From positions 3,644,234 through 3,708,233 of the forward strand of contig OZ253547.1 in NCBI GenBank assembly GCA_965262635.1: 64,000 nucleotides of DNA. Reading direction: 5' to 3'. The DNA comes from Candidatus Versatilivorator sp. (GTDB taxonomy: Bacteria > Acidobacteriota > Terriglobia > Versatilivoradales > Versatilivoraceae). The notes under the pieces were generated by a model. That model did not search any database and was not told the origin of the DNA. It worked only from the letters and a program-made list of their open reading frames with translations. Made by a program: the position numbers and the translations under genes. This document shows positions 41,075 to 51,997 of this stretch, piece after piece. Positions within the stretch are counted from its first letter, which is position 1. Each line of letters starts with the position of its first letter.

Positions 41075-43750
41075 TCACCCGGGGCGATCCAGGGCCGGGA
41101 TCCGGCCGCTGAGCGGGGCCTGCAACTTCACCTCCAGGCGCAACCGCTCCATGATCTGGGTCATCCTCGAGCCATCCACGACCTTCTCTCCTTCGTCTGT
41201 CTGGACGTAAAACACGTCGAAGGCGTAGTCCCGCTCGGTGGCCAATTTGGCGGAAATGATGTTGAGACCCAGTTCAACCAGAATTCCGGCAATTCGGTAA
41301 CTCAAACCCCAGCTATCCTGGGCCTGCACTTCAATGACCGTGCTGTGGGCGGAGATGTCGTTGTCGATTCGAACTCGGGGAGCCACGGCAAAGCCAGGGC
41401 CTCCCGGCTCGGCGCGAGCTTCATAGCGCTGCCCCCGCAGCAGGTCCTCGAGACGAGTCTTGCCCAGGATGATTTCGGTGAGCACCTGGTTCACCCGGCG
41501 CCGTCCCTCGTCATCGATCAGCAGATGGCCGCCCCGATCGCTCACGTGGAAGGTATCGATCACGATTCCATCCTCGCGGGTATTGAGTTGGGCGCTCAAC
41601 AGTCGGATGCCCAAGGCCGTCAGGGTTCCGGTGATCTGGGCAAAACGCCCGGGTAGATCGCGAGTGGAGAGGTTGAGTTCATAGTAACCGGCATCCGGGT
41701 TGGCAACCCACTCGCTCACCAAGGGCTGTTCCTTGAGATTTTCACAAAGACGAACGTGGGCCACGATTTGGGAAAGGGGCGTGTAGAGCGCATATTTCTC
41801 GGGCAAGAGAGAAAAATGGTGCAGCACCGAGTCTACGGACACCTCCCCGGCCAGCCGCTCCAGCACGCCGCGCTGAATCTCGGCGACCCGGGCGTGTTCG
41901 GCCCCGCTGAGCTCCTGGCCGAACATGAGACGGTCCATGACTCTGAAATACAAGGACCACAACAGGAAGCGGTTTCTTTCCGACCACGCAGTCCCACCGA
42001 CCGAGCTCAAGTCCGCAAAGGTATGCAGCAACAACATGTTCAGGTTGTCGGTGGTCTCCACGACCGCACTGACCTCCTGGACGATCTGGGGATCATCAAG
42101 GTCTCTCCGTTGCGATACATGGGCCAGCAAGGTCTGCTCTCGCACCAGCAGCAGGACCTTATCCAGGTCTTCCGGCGATACATTGAGGCGCCGCAGGGCG
42201 CGAACCGCCATGGGCCGGCCGTTGCGAGCCGGTTCATTCGGCCCACCCGAGCCAGTCTCATGCAAGAGCAGACCCAGGGTGAGGATCGAGGGGTCCTCCA
42301 CCCGCTCCAGCAAGCCTCGATAATCCTTCAGGCCGGGGTCGGTTGAATTGGCTGCCCGGTCCAGGCGATCCAGGGCCCGCAGCGTGTGCTCATCAAGCGA
42401 ATGCCCGTGGCCTCGGGCAATGCCGGGGAGGCAGTCCAGTCGACCGAACTCCGGCAGGTAACGGGCCAGGAATCCAAGGTCACGCATTCGGCGCAGCGTC
42501 GGTCCCACCTTCCCCTTGTTCCTGAGGATGGCCCGAAAATCGGGGTGCATGGCAGGAACGCGCCAATGGCGGGCCAGCCACAGGTGCATCTGGGACTGCA
42601 GCCGTGAAACCATTTGGGGCTGGACGATCTCGGGCTCCATTTGACTCAGGCGAAAAATCTTCATCCAGCGTTGGGGAGTCTCCTCTTCGCTTCCCTGTTC
42701 CGGTTGAGAAACCAACCTGAGATAGTGGGACTTGAAGGGTTCGGTTCCTTTCAGGAAGGCCGCTTTGTTTTGCTCCAGGTAACCCTCAAAGAGGGCCAGT
42801 AGTTTCCTTTTCCACCTCAGGGTGTCTCTCACCAGCAATTCCAGCGCGGGCAGAGGACGAGAGTCGTGATATCCCAGGAATCGGGCCGTTCGAACACCTG
42901 CCTCGCCCAGCAGGTCCGATTGGGGTTGACCTGCCAGGAAATGCAGGTGGGCTTGAATCTGCAACAGACGTTCCCGTATCTCCAAAAGTTGGGTCCATTC
43001 CCTGGGCGTGATCCCTCCTTTTCTCAGGATCCGGATGGGGTCATCGGTGCCGGCAAACAGCCTCAAGGACTGCAACAGCGCCCGGCAGCACCACAGGCCG
43101 CCCGGCCCCGATTCCAGACCGGCCGTCAGGGCATAAACACTCCCCTCCTTGCCTTCCAGCACCTGCCGGTAATGGCTCTCAAGGTCGCAGAGGAAGACGA
43201 CCGGCCGCTTGACCAGAGTTGACCGGAGCCGATGGTGCAAATCGGACCCCACCGACCTGGCCCCACCCACCCAACGCGAGGACAGCAGTTCCAGGCAAAA
43301 GCCCATATCGGTCTGAGCTCGACGCAGGCACTCCCGGGAGCTGAGATGGACGACTTCGCCGTCGATTCCCATGTCTGCCATCCGGGATCGGGTCGTCTCC
43401 TGAATTTGGCCTGCCTCTCCATCCGGGACCGATCCGGTCAACAGCAACCGGGCAGGGGAAAAGGGGGTCAGATCCAGACTGCCGTAAGCGCCCAGAGCCA
43501 GCCAGCAGGGTTTCTGGCGCCGGGCGGCTCTGACGGAAACCGCGAGGCGGCCCGGCTTCAACAAGGGCTGCAGGCTCAGGTCGATCAAACGGCAGTGTTC
43601 GGCTGCCAGATCCGGAGCGGGCGTTCCGCTGAAGTGACGCCATCGCAGGCGTGCCATTCCTCTTCGATAGGAACGGTCCGGCTGGGCCGCCAACCATTCA
43701 CTGACCGGGTTGTCCGGTTTCGGCAGGTTCATCCAACCCCTCGAGAACAC
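41075..43750 (-). CDS. glnD: GlnD-like protein (PII uridylyltransferase/uridylyl-removing enzyme homolog) with divergent catalytic motifs
   Basis: 891 aa; N-terminal NTase-like region, central HD-like region, two C-terminal ACT domains, i.e. GlnD architecture; canonical GGYGRGEL..SDVDL appears as GAYGSLDL..SPARL and HD as HE. Confidence 0.6.
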   Translation of the reverse strand: MFSRGWMNLPKPDNPVSEWLAAQPDRSYRRGMARLRWRHFSGTPAPDLAAEHCRLIDLSLQPLLKPGRLAVSVRAARRQKPCWLALGAYGSLDLTPFSPARLLLTGSVPDGEAGQIQETTRSRMADMGIDGEVVHLSSRECLRRAQTDMGFCLELLSSRWVGGARSVGSDLHHRLRSTLVKRPVVFLCDLESHYRQVLEGKEGSVYALTAGLESGPGGLWCCRALLQSLRLFAGTDDPIRILRKGGITPREWTQLLEIRERLLQIQAHLHFLAGQPQSDLLGEAGVRTARFLGYHDSRPLPALELLVRDTLRWKRKLLALFEGYLEQNKAAFLKGTEPFKSHYLRLVSQPEQGSEEETPQRWMKIFRLSQMEPEIVQPQMVSRLQSQMHLWLARHWRVPAMHPDFRAILRNKGKVGPTLRRMRDLGFLARYLPEFGRLDCLPGIARGHGHSLDEHTLRALDRLDRAANSTDPGLKDYRGLLERVEDPSILTLGLLLHETGSGGPNEPARNGRPMAVRALRRLNVSPEDLDKVLLLVREQTLLAHVSQRRDLDDPQIVQEVSAVVETTDNLNMLLLHTFADLSSVGGTAWSERNRFLLWSLYFRVMDRLMFGQELSGAEHARVAEIQRGVLERLAGEVSVDSVLHHFSLLPEKYALYTPLSQIVAHVRLCENLKEQPLVSEWVANPDAGYYELNLSTRDLPGRFAQITGTLTALGIRLLSAQLNTREDGIVIDTFHVSDRGGHLLIDDEGRRRVNQVLTEIILGKTRLEDLLRGQRYEARAEPGGPGFAVAPRVRIDNDISAHSTVIEVQAQDSWGLSYRIAGILVELGLNIISAKLATERDYAFDVFYVQTDEGEKVVDGSRMTQIMERLRLEVKLQAPLSGRIPALDRPG

Positions 43751-44202
43751 CGGAATGCGATCTGCCCATCCCGGCTATTGACCAAAAATAAACCAAGCGG
43801 GCGGCGAGGTAAACCGAAAAACAGGCCCCGGGTTGGGCCATATGGTGTAAAGGATGTTCCCGGTTTGCTCCTTGAGGCCTGCAAAAGGCTCCTTGCCCAA
43901 TACCCTGGCAAGGTGTCAACCACGTTCCCGGTTTATGGTGTGGATGAAGGATTCCTGGGAGCGCGGGCGTCTCGCCCGCGCTCCCAGGGCCCAATCACTC
44001 CCCCCTCGAGGGGGAGTCGCAGAAGCCGAGCCGCCAGGCGAAGGCTGATGCGGTGGGGGGTGTCTGGCGGGCGACTTCTCAGTAAGCCGACGTGCACTCC
44101 CTGGAAGACCGCATTTTGACCCGCTCAAGGCCGTCCTGTATAATTCCCCCCAATTTCCGGCCGAACCCTTCCCGCAATCCGGACCGCTCTCCGTCACCGC
44201 TG

Positions 44203-45489
44203 ATGAAGATCACTATCAGACCCTCAAGCCGGATCCAGGGCCGAGTGGAACTTCCGGGAGACAAATCGATCTCCCACCGGCTGGCCATGCTCGGCGCCAT
44301 CGCCAAAGGGAAAACGGTTATCCAGGGGTTTTCCAGCAGCGCTGACTGTGCAAGCACCTTGAGCTGCCTCCGGCAACTTGGAGTTGGCATTGTATCGCTG
44401 GGACCGGGCCATGTCATGATCACGGGACGCGGGCTTCGCGGCCTGGAAGCTTCCGAACGCCCCTTGGATGCCGGCAATTCCGGATCGACCCTCCGGATGC
44501 TGTCAGGCATATTGGCGGGTCAGCACTTCTCGACAACCATTTCAGGAGACCGTTCCCTGAGGCGGCGGCCCATGCAGCGTATTATCGACCCCTTGTCCCA
44601 TATGGGAGCCGAAATCCAGGCAGGCCAGGACAACACGCCTCCCCTCTCCATCAGGGGCGGAGATCTCCAGGCAATCGATTACTCCATGCCCCTGGCAAGT
44701 GCCCAGGTGAAGTCGGCCATCCTGCTGGCGGGACTGTACGCTTCCGGAGAAACTCGCGTCAGCGAACCTCTCGCCACTCGCGATCATACCGAAATAGCGC
44801 TTCGACAATTCGGCGTCGACCTGCAGGTATCCCCGGGGAGGTTGCTGATTCAAGGGGGTCAGCATCCGCTGGCGCGGGCGGTTACCGTTCCCGGAGACCT
44901 CTCCTCGGCCGCCTTTTTCATTGCAGCCACTCTCCTGTTGCCGAACTCGGAAACAGTCTTCCTGCGGGTGGGTTTAAACCCGAGGCGCCGGGCCATGGTG
45001 GACGTTCTGATCGAGATGGGCGCCGCTATCGACGTCATCGATGAATACCCGCTTCACGGGGAAAGGGTTGGCGACCTTCGAGTCCGCTCCTCCAATTTGC
45101 GTGGCGGGAGCCTGTCCGGATCACTGATCCCGCAGTTGATCGATGAGATTCCCATTCTGGCCGTGCTGGCGCCGAGGACTCAAGAGGGTATTCACATCCG
45201 GGACGCCGGAGAGTTGCGGGTCAAGGAAAGCAACCGGATTCAAAGCATTGTGGAAAACCTGCGGGCGATGGGGGTGGCGGTAGAAGAGTACCGGGACGGG
45301 ATGTCGATTCCAGGCCGCCAATCGTTGCGGGGAGCCCTGGTTGACTCTCATGGCGACCATCGCATTGCCATGGCTTTCACCATTGCCGGCCTGGTGGCCA
45401 GCGGACCCACTGTGATTGGGAATGCCGACTGTGTGTCCGTCTCCTTTCCCGGGTTTTACGACCTCCTGGCCCGATTGACCCAAGCCTGA
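44203..45489 (+). CDS. aroA: 3-phosphoshikimate 1-carboxyvinyltransferase (EPSP synthase)
   Basis: MKITIRPSSRIQGRVELPGDKSISHR N-terminus and full EPSPS two-domain layout; start moved to MKITI (ORF-track start 44092). Confidence 0.9.
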   Translation: MKITIRPSSRIQGRVELPGDKSISHRLAMLGAIAKGKTVIQGFSSSADCASTLSCLRQLGVGIVSLGPGHVMITGRGLRGLEASERPLDAGNSGSTLRMLSGILAGQHFSTTISGDRSLRRRPMQRIIDPLSHMGAEIQAGQDNTPPLSIRGGDLQAIDYSMPLASAQVKSAILLAGLYASGETRVSEPLATRDHTEIALRQFGVDLQVSPGRLLIQGGQHPLARAVTVPGDLSSAAFFIAATLLLPNSETVFLRVGLNPRRRAMVDVLIEMGAAIDVIDEYPLHGERVGDLRVRSSNLRGGSLSGSLIPQLIDEIPILAVLAPRTQEGIHIRDAGELRVKESNRIQSIVENLRAMGVAVEEYRDGMSIPGRQSLRGALVDSHGDHRIAMAFTIAGLVASGPTVIGNADCVSVSFPGFYDLLARLTQA

Positions 45490-45683
45490 GTCCATGGGCG
45501 TGAGCCCGGGGTCGTCGTATCCCCCACCGCCCGCAGCCGCGTAGGCGGCGGATTAGTAGCGCGTCCCGGAACACACCGCCTCTCCAAAATCACGCCAAAC
45601 ACGTACCCCGGTCTCTGCACTCTTCTCAAGAATGCACCCCCCCGGTGGGAAATATCGTTAGCGAAATTCATCATGAAGAACAC

Positions 45684-45712
45684 TTGACATACAGACATTT
45701 GTCTGTTAAATA
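45684..45712 (+). promoter_or_regulatory. candidate SOS-type promoter/operator for imuA-imuB-dnaE2
   Basis: Perfect -35 TTGACA (45684-45689) followed by perfect palindrome ACAGACA-TT-TGTCTGT (45691-45706) filling the spacer, then an AT-rich -10-like TAAATATT; ~75 bp upstream of imuA in an AT-rich patch. Confidence 0.45.
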
Positions 45713-45783
45713 TTCTCTTTTTATTCCCTTTCTAAGATCGTCACCGAAGTACGAGAGCGTACCCGGTAGCCCAAGGAGAATAC

Positions 45784-46419
45784 ATGTCAGCCCTGCAGGC
45801 CAGTGTTTCAGGGAACCTCCGACTCCGCCTCAAGGGAGTGGCAGCGAAACCCCGAGGGAAAACGCCGCTCTGGTCGCGAATACAATTGGCCGGACGCCTG
45901 TGCGAGCTTTCCTCCATTCCCGGATCTGCCCTGCTGACGGCTGCCTTTCGTCTGGTGCTGGATGCACAGATGGAGGGTGAGCCAGTGGCCTGGATTACAG
46001 CTATGCCGGACACCTTCTTCCCCCCGGATGCCGCTGCCAACGGTGTGGACCTGAATGCCCTGGTGGTGATTCGCGTGCCTGGCGCCCAGGCGGCGGCACG
46101 CTCGGCAGACCGGCTCTTGAGGTCGGGCGCCTTCGGCTTGATCGTGATGGATCTGAACTCCAATCCCACCATTCCCACCCCGCTGCAGGCACGTCTGGTC
46201 CAGCAGGCGCGGACCCACGATACCGCCATTCTCTGCCTGACCTCCAAAGCCAGGGAGGCTCCTTCGCTGGGATCGATGGTCTCTCTGAGAGGGCAAACTT
46301 CCTGCCGGCGCCTGGGAGCCGACCGTTTCCAGTACGACATCGAAATCTTGAAGGACAGACGTCATGGGCCGGGTTGGCGCCACACCGAGATCTGCCGTGG
46401 ACCGGACGGCCTGCATTAA
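45784..46419 (+). CDS. imuA: ImuA-like SOS mutagenesis protein (RecA/SulA-fold)
   Basis: 211 aa first gene of a three-gene cassette with ImuB and DnaE2; RecA-like core without intact Walker motifs, typical of ImuA. Confidence 0.6.
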   Translation: MSALQASVSGNLRLRLKGVAAKPRGKTPLWSRIQLAGRLCELSSIPGSALLTAAFRLVLDAQMEGEPVAWITAMPDTFFPPDAAANGVDLNALVVIRVPGAQAAARSADRLLRSGAFGLIVMDLNSNPTIPTPLQARLVQQARTHDTAILCLTSKAREAPSLGSMVSLRGQTSCRRLGADRFQYDIEILKDRRHGPGWRHTEICRGPDGLH

Positions 46420-47839
46420 TATCCGGGCACTGCCGCTGCAACTTCTGCTGAAGAAACACCCGGAGTGGAAACAGCGACCGGTCGCCGTGGTAGAGAAAGA
46501 GAAGCCTCAAAGCCCCATCCTGTGGGTGAACGGGGCAGCCGGTCAGGCCGGCATCCGGTCGGGGATGCGCTATGCCTCCGCCCTCTCGCTGGACCGGGAC
46601 CTGTGTGCCGGGACGGTTTCGGAGCAGGAAATCCAGAGGGCCGTCCAGCAGGTCCATCAACTGCTGGACCGCTTCAGCCCCCGGGTTGAGCCCTGTGAGG
46701 ATGAACCCGGGGTTTTCTGGGTCGACGCCAGCGGACTCGACAAGCTCTATGGGTCTCTCGAGGCCTGGGCCCGTCGGATTGACTCCCACCTCTCCCGGCT
46801 GGAGCTTACGGCCAGTATCGTCATCGGCTTCAGCCGCTTTGGCAGCTATGCCCTCGCCAAGGCAGCCAACCTGGTGACCGCACTTCCCTCCCTCGAGGTG
46901 GAGGGGGCCGAAAGCCGCCGGGTGAGTCTGCTGCATCTGCAACTCGATCCCAAGCTGCGCGACCGGCTGGAGAAGTTGGCGATTCATACCGTGGGAGACT
47001 TGCTGGGTCTTCCCGAAGCCGGCATTCAACGCCATCTTGGCGAGCAGGCCCGAAGCCTCTACCGTCTTGCGTCGGGAGAGCTGTCACTGCCGCTTCAGCC
47101 CCGAAGCATCCCCGAGTCCCTCCGCGCCCGAATGGACCTGGACGAGTCCGACTCCAATGCCCAGAGACTGCTTTTCCGGATCAAGCAGTTGCTGGACCCC
47201 CTGTTGAGGGCGGCGGCGGAAAGGTACCAGGTGGCGGCGGCCCTCCAGTTGCAGCTTCGGCTGGAGAACGGAGCTCATCACCGCCAGCGCATCCAGCCGG
47301 CCCGGCCGACCCTGGAGGTTTCAGTCTTGCTGGATCTGGTCCGGTTGCGCCTGGAGACGGTCTGCTTGGGCGCTCCTCCCCTGGAATTGTCCCTGGAGGT
47401 GGAAGCCGTATGCGTCTCCGCCGAGACGCGGGATCTGCTGCAGCGGAACCCCCGACGCAATACCGAAGCAGCCCTGCACGCCCTGGCCCGGGTTCAGGCC
47501 GAGTTCGGGCCCGATTCAGTGCTTTCGGCCCGGCTCAAACCGGGACACCTGCCCGAAGCGCGTTGGGAGTGGCAACCCTTTCAGAGACTCGCCCCGGCCA
47601 TTCCCCGGCCGGTCTCCATCCGCCCCCTGGTGCGGCGCACCCATGCCCGTCCCAAGCCTCTCGACTGGAGGAGACCGCCGGGTCCGGGGCGTCTGCTCGG
47701 GTATCTGATCAGTGGAGGCTGGTGGAATCGGGAGATTCGAAGAGACTACCGGTTCGTCAACACCAACCGGGGAGAGGTCCTCTGGGTCTATTACGATCAA
47801 CAAGGACGTCGCTGGTACTCCCAGGGCCGCGTGGAGTGA
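46364..47839 (+). CDS. imuB: ImuB, Y-family polymerase-like mutagenesis protein
   Basis: N-terminal ACINIRALPLQLLLKKHPE, similar to ImuB N-termini; UmuC-like palm without catalytic carboxylates; true start probably a GTG near 46395 to limit overlap with imuA. Confidence 0.75.
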   Translation: MGRVGATPRSAVDRTACINIRALPLQLLLKKHPEWKQRPVAVVEKEKPQSPILWVNGAAGQAGIRSGMRYASALSLDRDLCAGTVSEQEIQRAVQQVHQLLDRFSPRVEPCEDEPGVFWVDASGLDKLYGSLEAWARRIDSHLSRLELTASIVIGFSRFGSYALAKAANLVTALPSLEVEGAESRRVSLLHLQLDPKLRDRLEKLAIHTVGDLLGLPEAGIQRHLGEQARSLYRLASGELSLPLQPRSIPESLRARMDLDESDSNAQRLLFRIKQLLDPLLRAAAERYQVAAALQLQLRLENGAHHRQRIQPARPTLEVSVLLDLVRLRLETVCLGAPPLELSLEVEAVCVSAETRDLLQRNPRRNTEAALHALARVQAEFGPDSVLSARLKPGHLPEARWEWQPFQRLAPAIPRPVSIRPLVRRTHARPKPLDWRRPPGPGRLLGYLISGGWWNREIRRDYRFVNTNRGEVLWVYYDQQGRRWYSQGRVE

Positions 47840-47848
47840 ACGCAAACC

Positions 47849-50800
47849 GTGCCCGCCTCCAATCAACCCTACGTTCCCCTCTGGTGCAAGAGCAACTACT
47901 CCTTTCTGGAAGGGGCCAGCCATCCCGAGGAACTGGTCGATGCCTGCCGGCAGAACGGCATTCCCGCCCTGGCGCTCACCGACCGCCACGGGGTGTATGG
48001 ACTGGTCAGGGCTCACGTTCGCGCCCGCCAGTGCGGCATCCACTTGATCGTAGGGTCGCAGATCAGCCTTCGGGACGGACCTGAGATCCTGTTGCTGGTC
48101 CGGAACGAGCAAGGTTACCGCAATCTCTGCCGACTGCTGACCGACGGGCATCTGCGTTCCTCCAAGGGGAAGTGCAAGCTGGACTGGCAGGAGGTGTGCG
48201 GCTACAGTCGCGGTCTGATTGCTCTGTGGATCGGCCCGTCCGACCCCAAAGCTTCTCTGGAATCCGCCTCCGAACCCCTCCTGGAGCAGTTCAAAGCGGC
48301 ATTCGAAGACCGTCTCTACATCCTGCTGTCCAGACACCGACGGGCAGAGGAAGTCCTGCGGGAGATTCAACTGCGAAAGCTGGCGGACCGGTTCAGGCTC
48401 CCTACCGTGGCCGCCGTGGAGGTCCTCTACCACGCTCCCGAACGGCGCCGTCTGCAGGACGTTCTGACCTGTATCCGGGAAGGAGCGACCCTGACCACTG
48501 CCGGTCGGCTCATCCGGCCGAACGACCAGCACGCCCTGAAGAGCCCGGAGGATTTGGCGCGTCTCTTCAGCGACGATCCGGAGTCGGTCCAACGGACCCG
48601 GGAGGTCGCCTCCCTCTGTTCCTTTTCGCTGCAGGAACTGCGTTACCGCTATCCACTGGAGTGCCTGCCGGAAGGGAAGACCTCCAGCCAGCACCTGCGT
48701 GACCGGACCTTCCAGGGAGCCGCCCGCCGACTGGGCGGAAAGTTCCACAGCCTGATTCCACAATTGCGGAAGGAACTCGATCTCATCCGGGAGCTGGAGT
48801 ACGAAGGCTACTTTTTAACCATGCACGAGATCATCGAATACTGCCGCCGCCAAGACATCCTCTGCCAGGGCCGCGGGTCGGCCGCCAACTCGGCGGTCTG
48901 CTTTGCCCTGGGGATCACCAGCGTGGACCCGACCCAGGTGGACCTCCTCTTCGAGCGTTTTCTGTCCAGGGAGAGGGCCGAACCTCCGGATATCGATCTG
49001 GACATCGAGCACAACCGCCGGGAAGAGGTGATCCAGCATGTGTACGAAAAGTATGGGCGCGATCATGCCGCCATGGTGGCCAATGTGGTTCGTTACCGGC
49101 ATCGGTCCGCCATCCGCGAAGTGGGCAAGGTGCTGGGGGTTGCGGCAACCAGCCTGGATCGCTTGGCCAAGCTGGTGTCCCACGACCGCTGGAGCGGTGA
49201 GTTCATCCGCCAGGCCGGACTCGATCCCCAAAACCCGGCCCTGCTCCATCTGACCTCTCTGGTGGAAGAGATTCAGGATTTTCCCCGTCATCTCTCCATC
49301 CATCCCGGGGGCTTTCTGCTGGGTCATCGCCCCGTCCACGACCTGGTGCCGATCGAGAACGCCTCCATGCAGGGCAGAACGGTTATTCAGTGGGACAAGG
49401 AGGACGTGGACCAGGCAGGCCTGTTCAAGGTAGACCTGCTGGGACTGGGCGCCCTCACCCACCTGCACCTCTGCTTCGATCTCCTGAGGCGACACCGGCG
49501 ACAGAAGCTTTCCCTGGCTACCATCCCCAAGGGAGATCCCTCGACCTTTGAAATGGTCTGCCGCAGCGACACGGTGGGGGTGTTTCAGATCGAGAGCCGC
49601 GCCCAGATGGCCATGTTGGGGCGCCTCAAGCCGCGCAGCTACTACGACCTGGTGATCGAGATCAGCATTGTGCGCCCCGGACCCATCACCGGCGGCATGG
49701 TCCATCCCTATCTGCGGCGGCGCAACGGTCAGGAGGAGGTCGAGTACCCCCACCCCTGCCTCATTCCCGTCCTGAAGAAAACCCTGGGCATTCCTCTGTT
49801 TCAAGAACAGGTGATGCAACTGGCCATGGTGGCAGCCAACTACTCTCCCGGAGAGGCCGACCAGCTCCGGCGGGACATGGCGGCCTGGCGGAGTTCAGGT
49901 CGAATCGAGCGTCACCGGCAGCGGCTGGTCACCCGCATGGTGGCCAAGGGGATTCAGCAGGAGTTTGCCGAGCGTGTCTTCCAGCAGATCCGTGGATTCG
50001 GTGAATACGGCTTCCCTGAGAGCCATGCCGCCAGCTTTGCCCATATTGCCTATGCCACTGCCTACCTCAAATGCCACTATCCGGCGGAGTTTGTCTGCGC
50101 CCTGCTGAATGCCCAGCCGATGGGATTCTACTCGGCCGCCACCATCGTCAACGATGCCCGCCTCCATGGAATCGAGGTGAGGCCGGTCAGCATTCTCGAC
50201 AGCCACTGGGATTGTAGCCTGGTCGAAATTGAGGGAGTTCCAGGAGAACCCGCCGAGTTCGCGGTCCGCATGGGGCTGCGTTACGTCAGGGGACTGGGGC
50301 GGGGAGACTGGCACAGGCTGGCGGAAGCGGCTCGGCAAGCTCCCTTCCGCAACCTGCCGGACGTGGCCCGGAGAAGCCGGCTCCGCCAAGACAGGCTGGA
50401 AACTCTGGCCGAGGCCGGGGCCTTCGAGTGTTTCGGCCTGGACCGGCGAAGGGCTCTTTGGCAGATTCAGGGGTTGGCAACCGAACCCCAGCCCGTGCTG
50501 CCCTTGGACAGCCGCGACCCCTTGCCCCGATTCCCCTCCCTGAGCGGACTGGAAACCATCCTCTGGGATCATGAGGCCAGCGGCCACAGCGCCCGGGGCC
50601 ATCTCCTGAAACCGCTGCGCCCCGCTCTGGAAGCCCAGGGACTGCCCACCGCGCGCCAACTCAACCGGATGCCGGGCGGCCGCCGGGTCCGCTATGCCGG
50701 CATGGTCATCTGCCGCCAGCGGCCGGGGACCGCGGGGGGAGTCACCTTCATGACCTTGGAGGACGAGACGGGCTTCGTCAACCTGGTCATCTGGAAACAG

Positions 50801-50962
50801 ACCTTCGAGCGCTATTCCCTGCTGGCCAAGACACTTTCCTGCATGGGGGTCACCGGAAATCTGCAGGTGGCGGAAGGGGTCACCCACCTAGTGGTCCGGA
50901 AAATCTGGAAGCCGCAGTTGGAGAAGGGATCACTGCACCTGACGAGCCGGGACTTTCACTGA
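47849..50962 (+). CDS. dnaE2: error-prone DNA polymerase III alpha paralog DnaE2 (ImuC)
   Basis: 1037 aa; PHP domain N-terminus ([17 protein letters not shown]), Pol III alpha core, OB fold; the length is typical of DnaE2. Confidence 0.9.
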   Translation: MPASNQPYVPLWCKSNYSFLEGASHPEELVDACRQNGIPALALTDRHGVYGLVRAHVRARQCGIHLIVGSQISLRDGPEILLLVRNEQGYRNLCRLLTDGHLRSSKGKCKLDWQEVCGYSRGLIALWIGPSDPKASLESASEPLLEQFKAAFEDRLYILLSRHRRAEEVLREIQLRKLADRFRLPTVAAVEVLYHAPERRRLQDVLTCIREGATLTTAGRLIRPNDQHALKSPEDLARLFSDDPESVQRTREVASLCSFSLQELRYRYPLECLPEGKTSSQHLRDRTFQGAARRLGGKFHSLIPQLRKELDLIRELEYEGYFLTMHEIIEYCRRQDILCQGRGSAANSAVCFALGITSVDPTQVDLLFERFLSRERAEPPDIDLDIEHNRREEVIQHVYEKYGRDHAAMVANVVRYRHRSAIREVGKVLGVAATSLDRLAKLVSHDRWSGEFIRQAGLDPQNPALLHLTSLVEEIQDFPRHLSIHPGGFLLGHRPVHDLVPIENASMQGRTVIQWDKEDVDQAGLFKVDLLGLGALTHLHLCFDLLRRHRRQKLSLATIPKGDPSTFEMVCRSDTVGVFQIESRAQMAMLGRLKPRSYYDLVIEISIVRPGPITGGMVHPYLRRRNGQEEVEYPHPCLIPVLKKTLGIPLFQEQVMQLAMVAANYSPGEADQLRRDMAAWRSSGRIERHRQRLVTRMVAKGIQQEFAERVFQQIRGFGEYGFPESHAASFAHIAYATAYLKCHYPAEFVCALLNAQPMGFYSAATIVNDARLHGIEVRPVSILDSHWDCSLVEIEGVPGEPAEFAVRMGLRYVRGLGRGDWHRLAEAARQAPFRNLPDVARRSRLRQDRLETLAEAGAFECFGLDRRRALWQIQGLATEPQPVLPLDSRDPLPRFPSLSGLETILWDHEASGHSARGHLLKPLRPALEAQGLPTARQLNRMPGGRRVRYAGMVICRQRPGTAGGVTFMTLEDETGFVNLVIWKQTFERYSLLAKTLSCMGVTGNLQVAEGVTHLVVRKIWKPQLEKGSLHLTSRDFH

Positions 50963-51076
50963 GAGAAGATCTCCGGCGGGACATGGGAACCATCTCCGGC
51001 AACCTGCAGAGCTGAGGGTGAGTTCCCTGGTGCTGTGAAAACAAAAAAAGCCAGGATACAGCTTTATGGTACTTAT

Positions 51077-51104
51077 TTGACCATGGTCATGACCATGATA
51101 CAAT
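51077..51104 (+). promoter_or_regulatory. promoter with palindromic operator upstream of phd-vapC
   Basis: TTGACC (51077-51082), 16-nt spacer consisting largely of the perfect 14-bp palindrome ATGGTCATGACCAT, then TACAAT (51099-51104); GAGAGGA RBS before the ATG. Confidence 0.5.
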
Positions 51105-51136
51105 AATGGACTTCTACCCCTATTGAGAGGAATGCC

Positions 51137-51418
51137 ATGGAAAAAGACGGTAGCAAAGCTGGAGGTATCCAAACCATCAAAGCGTCCGAGTTCAAGGCCA
51201 AGTGCCTGAAGCTGATGGACGAAGTCGCGGAGAGCGGCAACGAGATCGTGATCACCAAGAATGGGCGTCCGGTCTCGCGGCTGATTCCCTACCGAAATAA
51301 GCCGAAAGCCCCGTTCGGCCGTGACCGCCACAAGATTCGGATACTTGGTGACATCATCGAGCCTATCGACGTGGAATGGGAGGCTGAGGCCAATCCAGAC
51401 CGGGTATTGAATCCATGA
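51137..51418 (+). CDS. type II antitoxin, Phd/YefM family
   Basis: 93 aa; SEFKAKCLKLMDEVAESGNEIVITKNGRPVSRLIPY matches the Phd/YefM fold. Confidence 0.7.
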   Translation: MEKDGSKAGGIQTIKASEFKAKCLKLMDEVAESGNEIVITKNGRPVSRLIPYRNKPKAPFGRDRHKIRILGDIIEPIDVEWEAEANPDRVLNP

Positions 51419-51813
51419 TCCTGCTCGACACCCACGTCCTGGTCTGGCTGCTTTGCGATGACCGCAGGCTCGGCAAGCGGACCCATCAAGTCATAGACCG
51501 TTCCTGGGCCGCAGGCGAAGCAGCCGTATCCGCGGTCACGTTCTGGGAGGTCGCCATGTTGCACGACAAGGGGCGGCTGGCTTTGCTGACCGACATCGGC
51601 TCATGGCGCCTGAACTTGCTTGAAGAGGGTCTGGTCGAGATCGCCGTAGACGGCGAGGTGGGAATCCGGGCGGGCCTTTTGCCAAATCTGCATGACGACC
51701 CAGCCGACCGCCTGATCGTGGCCACTGCGCTGCAGGGTCACCAATTAGTGACCGCTGACCATCGGCTTCTCCAATGGCCCGGCCATTTGAGCCGGTTGCG
51801 AGCCACGGAGTGA
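51415..51813 (+). CDS. vapC: type II toxin VapC (PIN domain RNase)
   Basis: MILLDTHVLVW (first PIN Asp), FWEV (Glu), TADHRL (distal Asp); overlaps the antitoxin stop by 4 nt. Confidence 0.75.
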   Translation: MILLDTHVLVWLLCDDRRLGKRTHQVIDRSWAAGEAAVSAVTFWEVAMLHDKGRLALLTDIGSWRLNLLEEGLVEIAVDGEVGIRAGLLPNLHDDPADRLIVATALQGHQLVTADHRLLQWPGHLSRLRATE

Positions 51814-51997
51814 GCGGGGCGAAGGGATCGAACGAGCAAACGCTCACTGAGGCCACCAGTCCACCGATCGGTTACGGCATGCACGGGTAACCGACGGCGC
51901 CGTTACGCCTGCAGGGCGGCCCATCGAGGTAGGAAATCTGCTCCTGGCCGCCATGCGGCGCGGCAGGCTTCCCGAAGATGATGGACCGGAATTTGCG

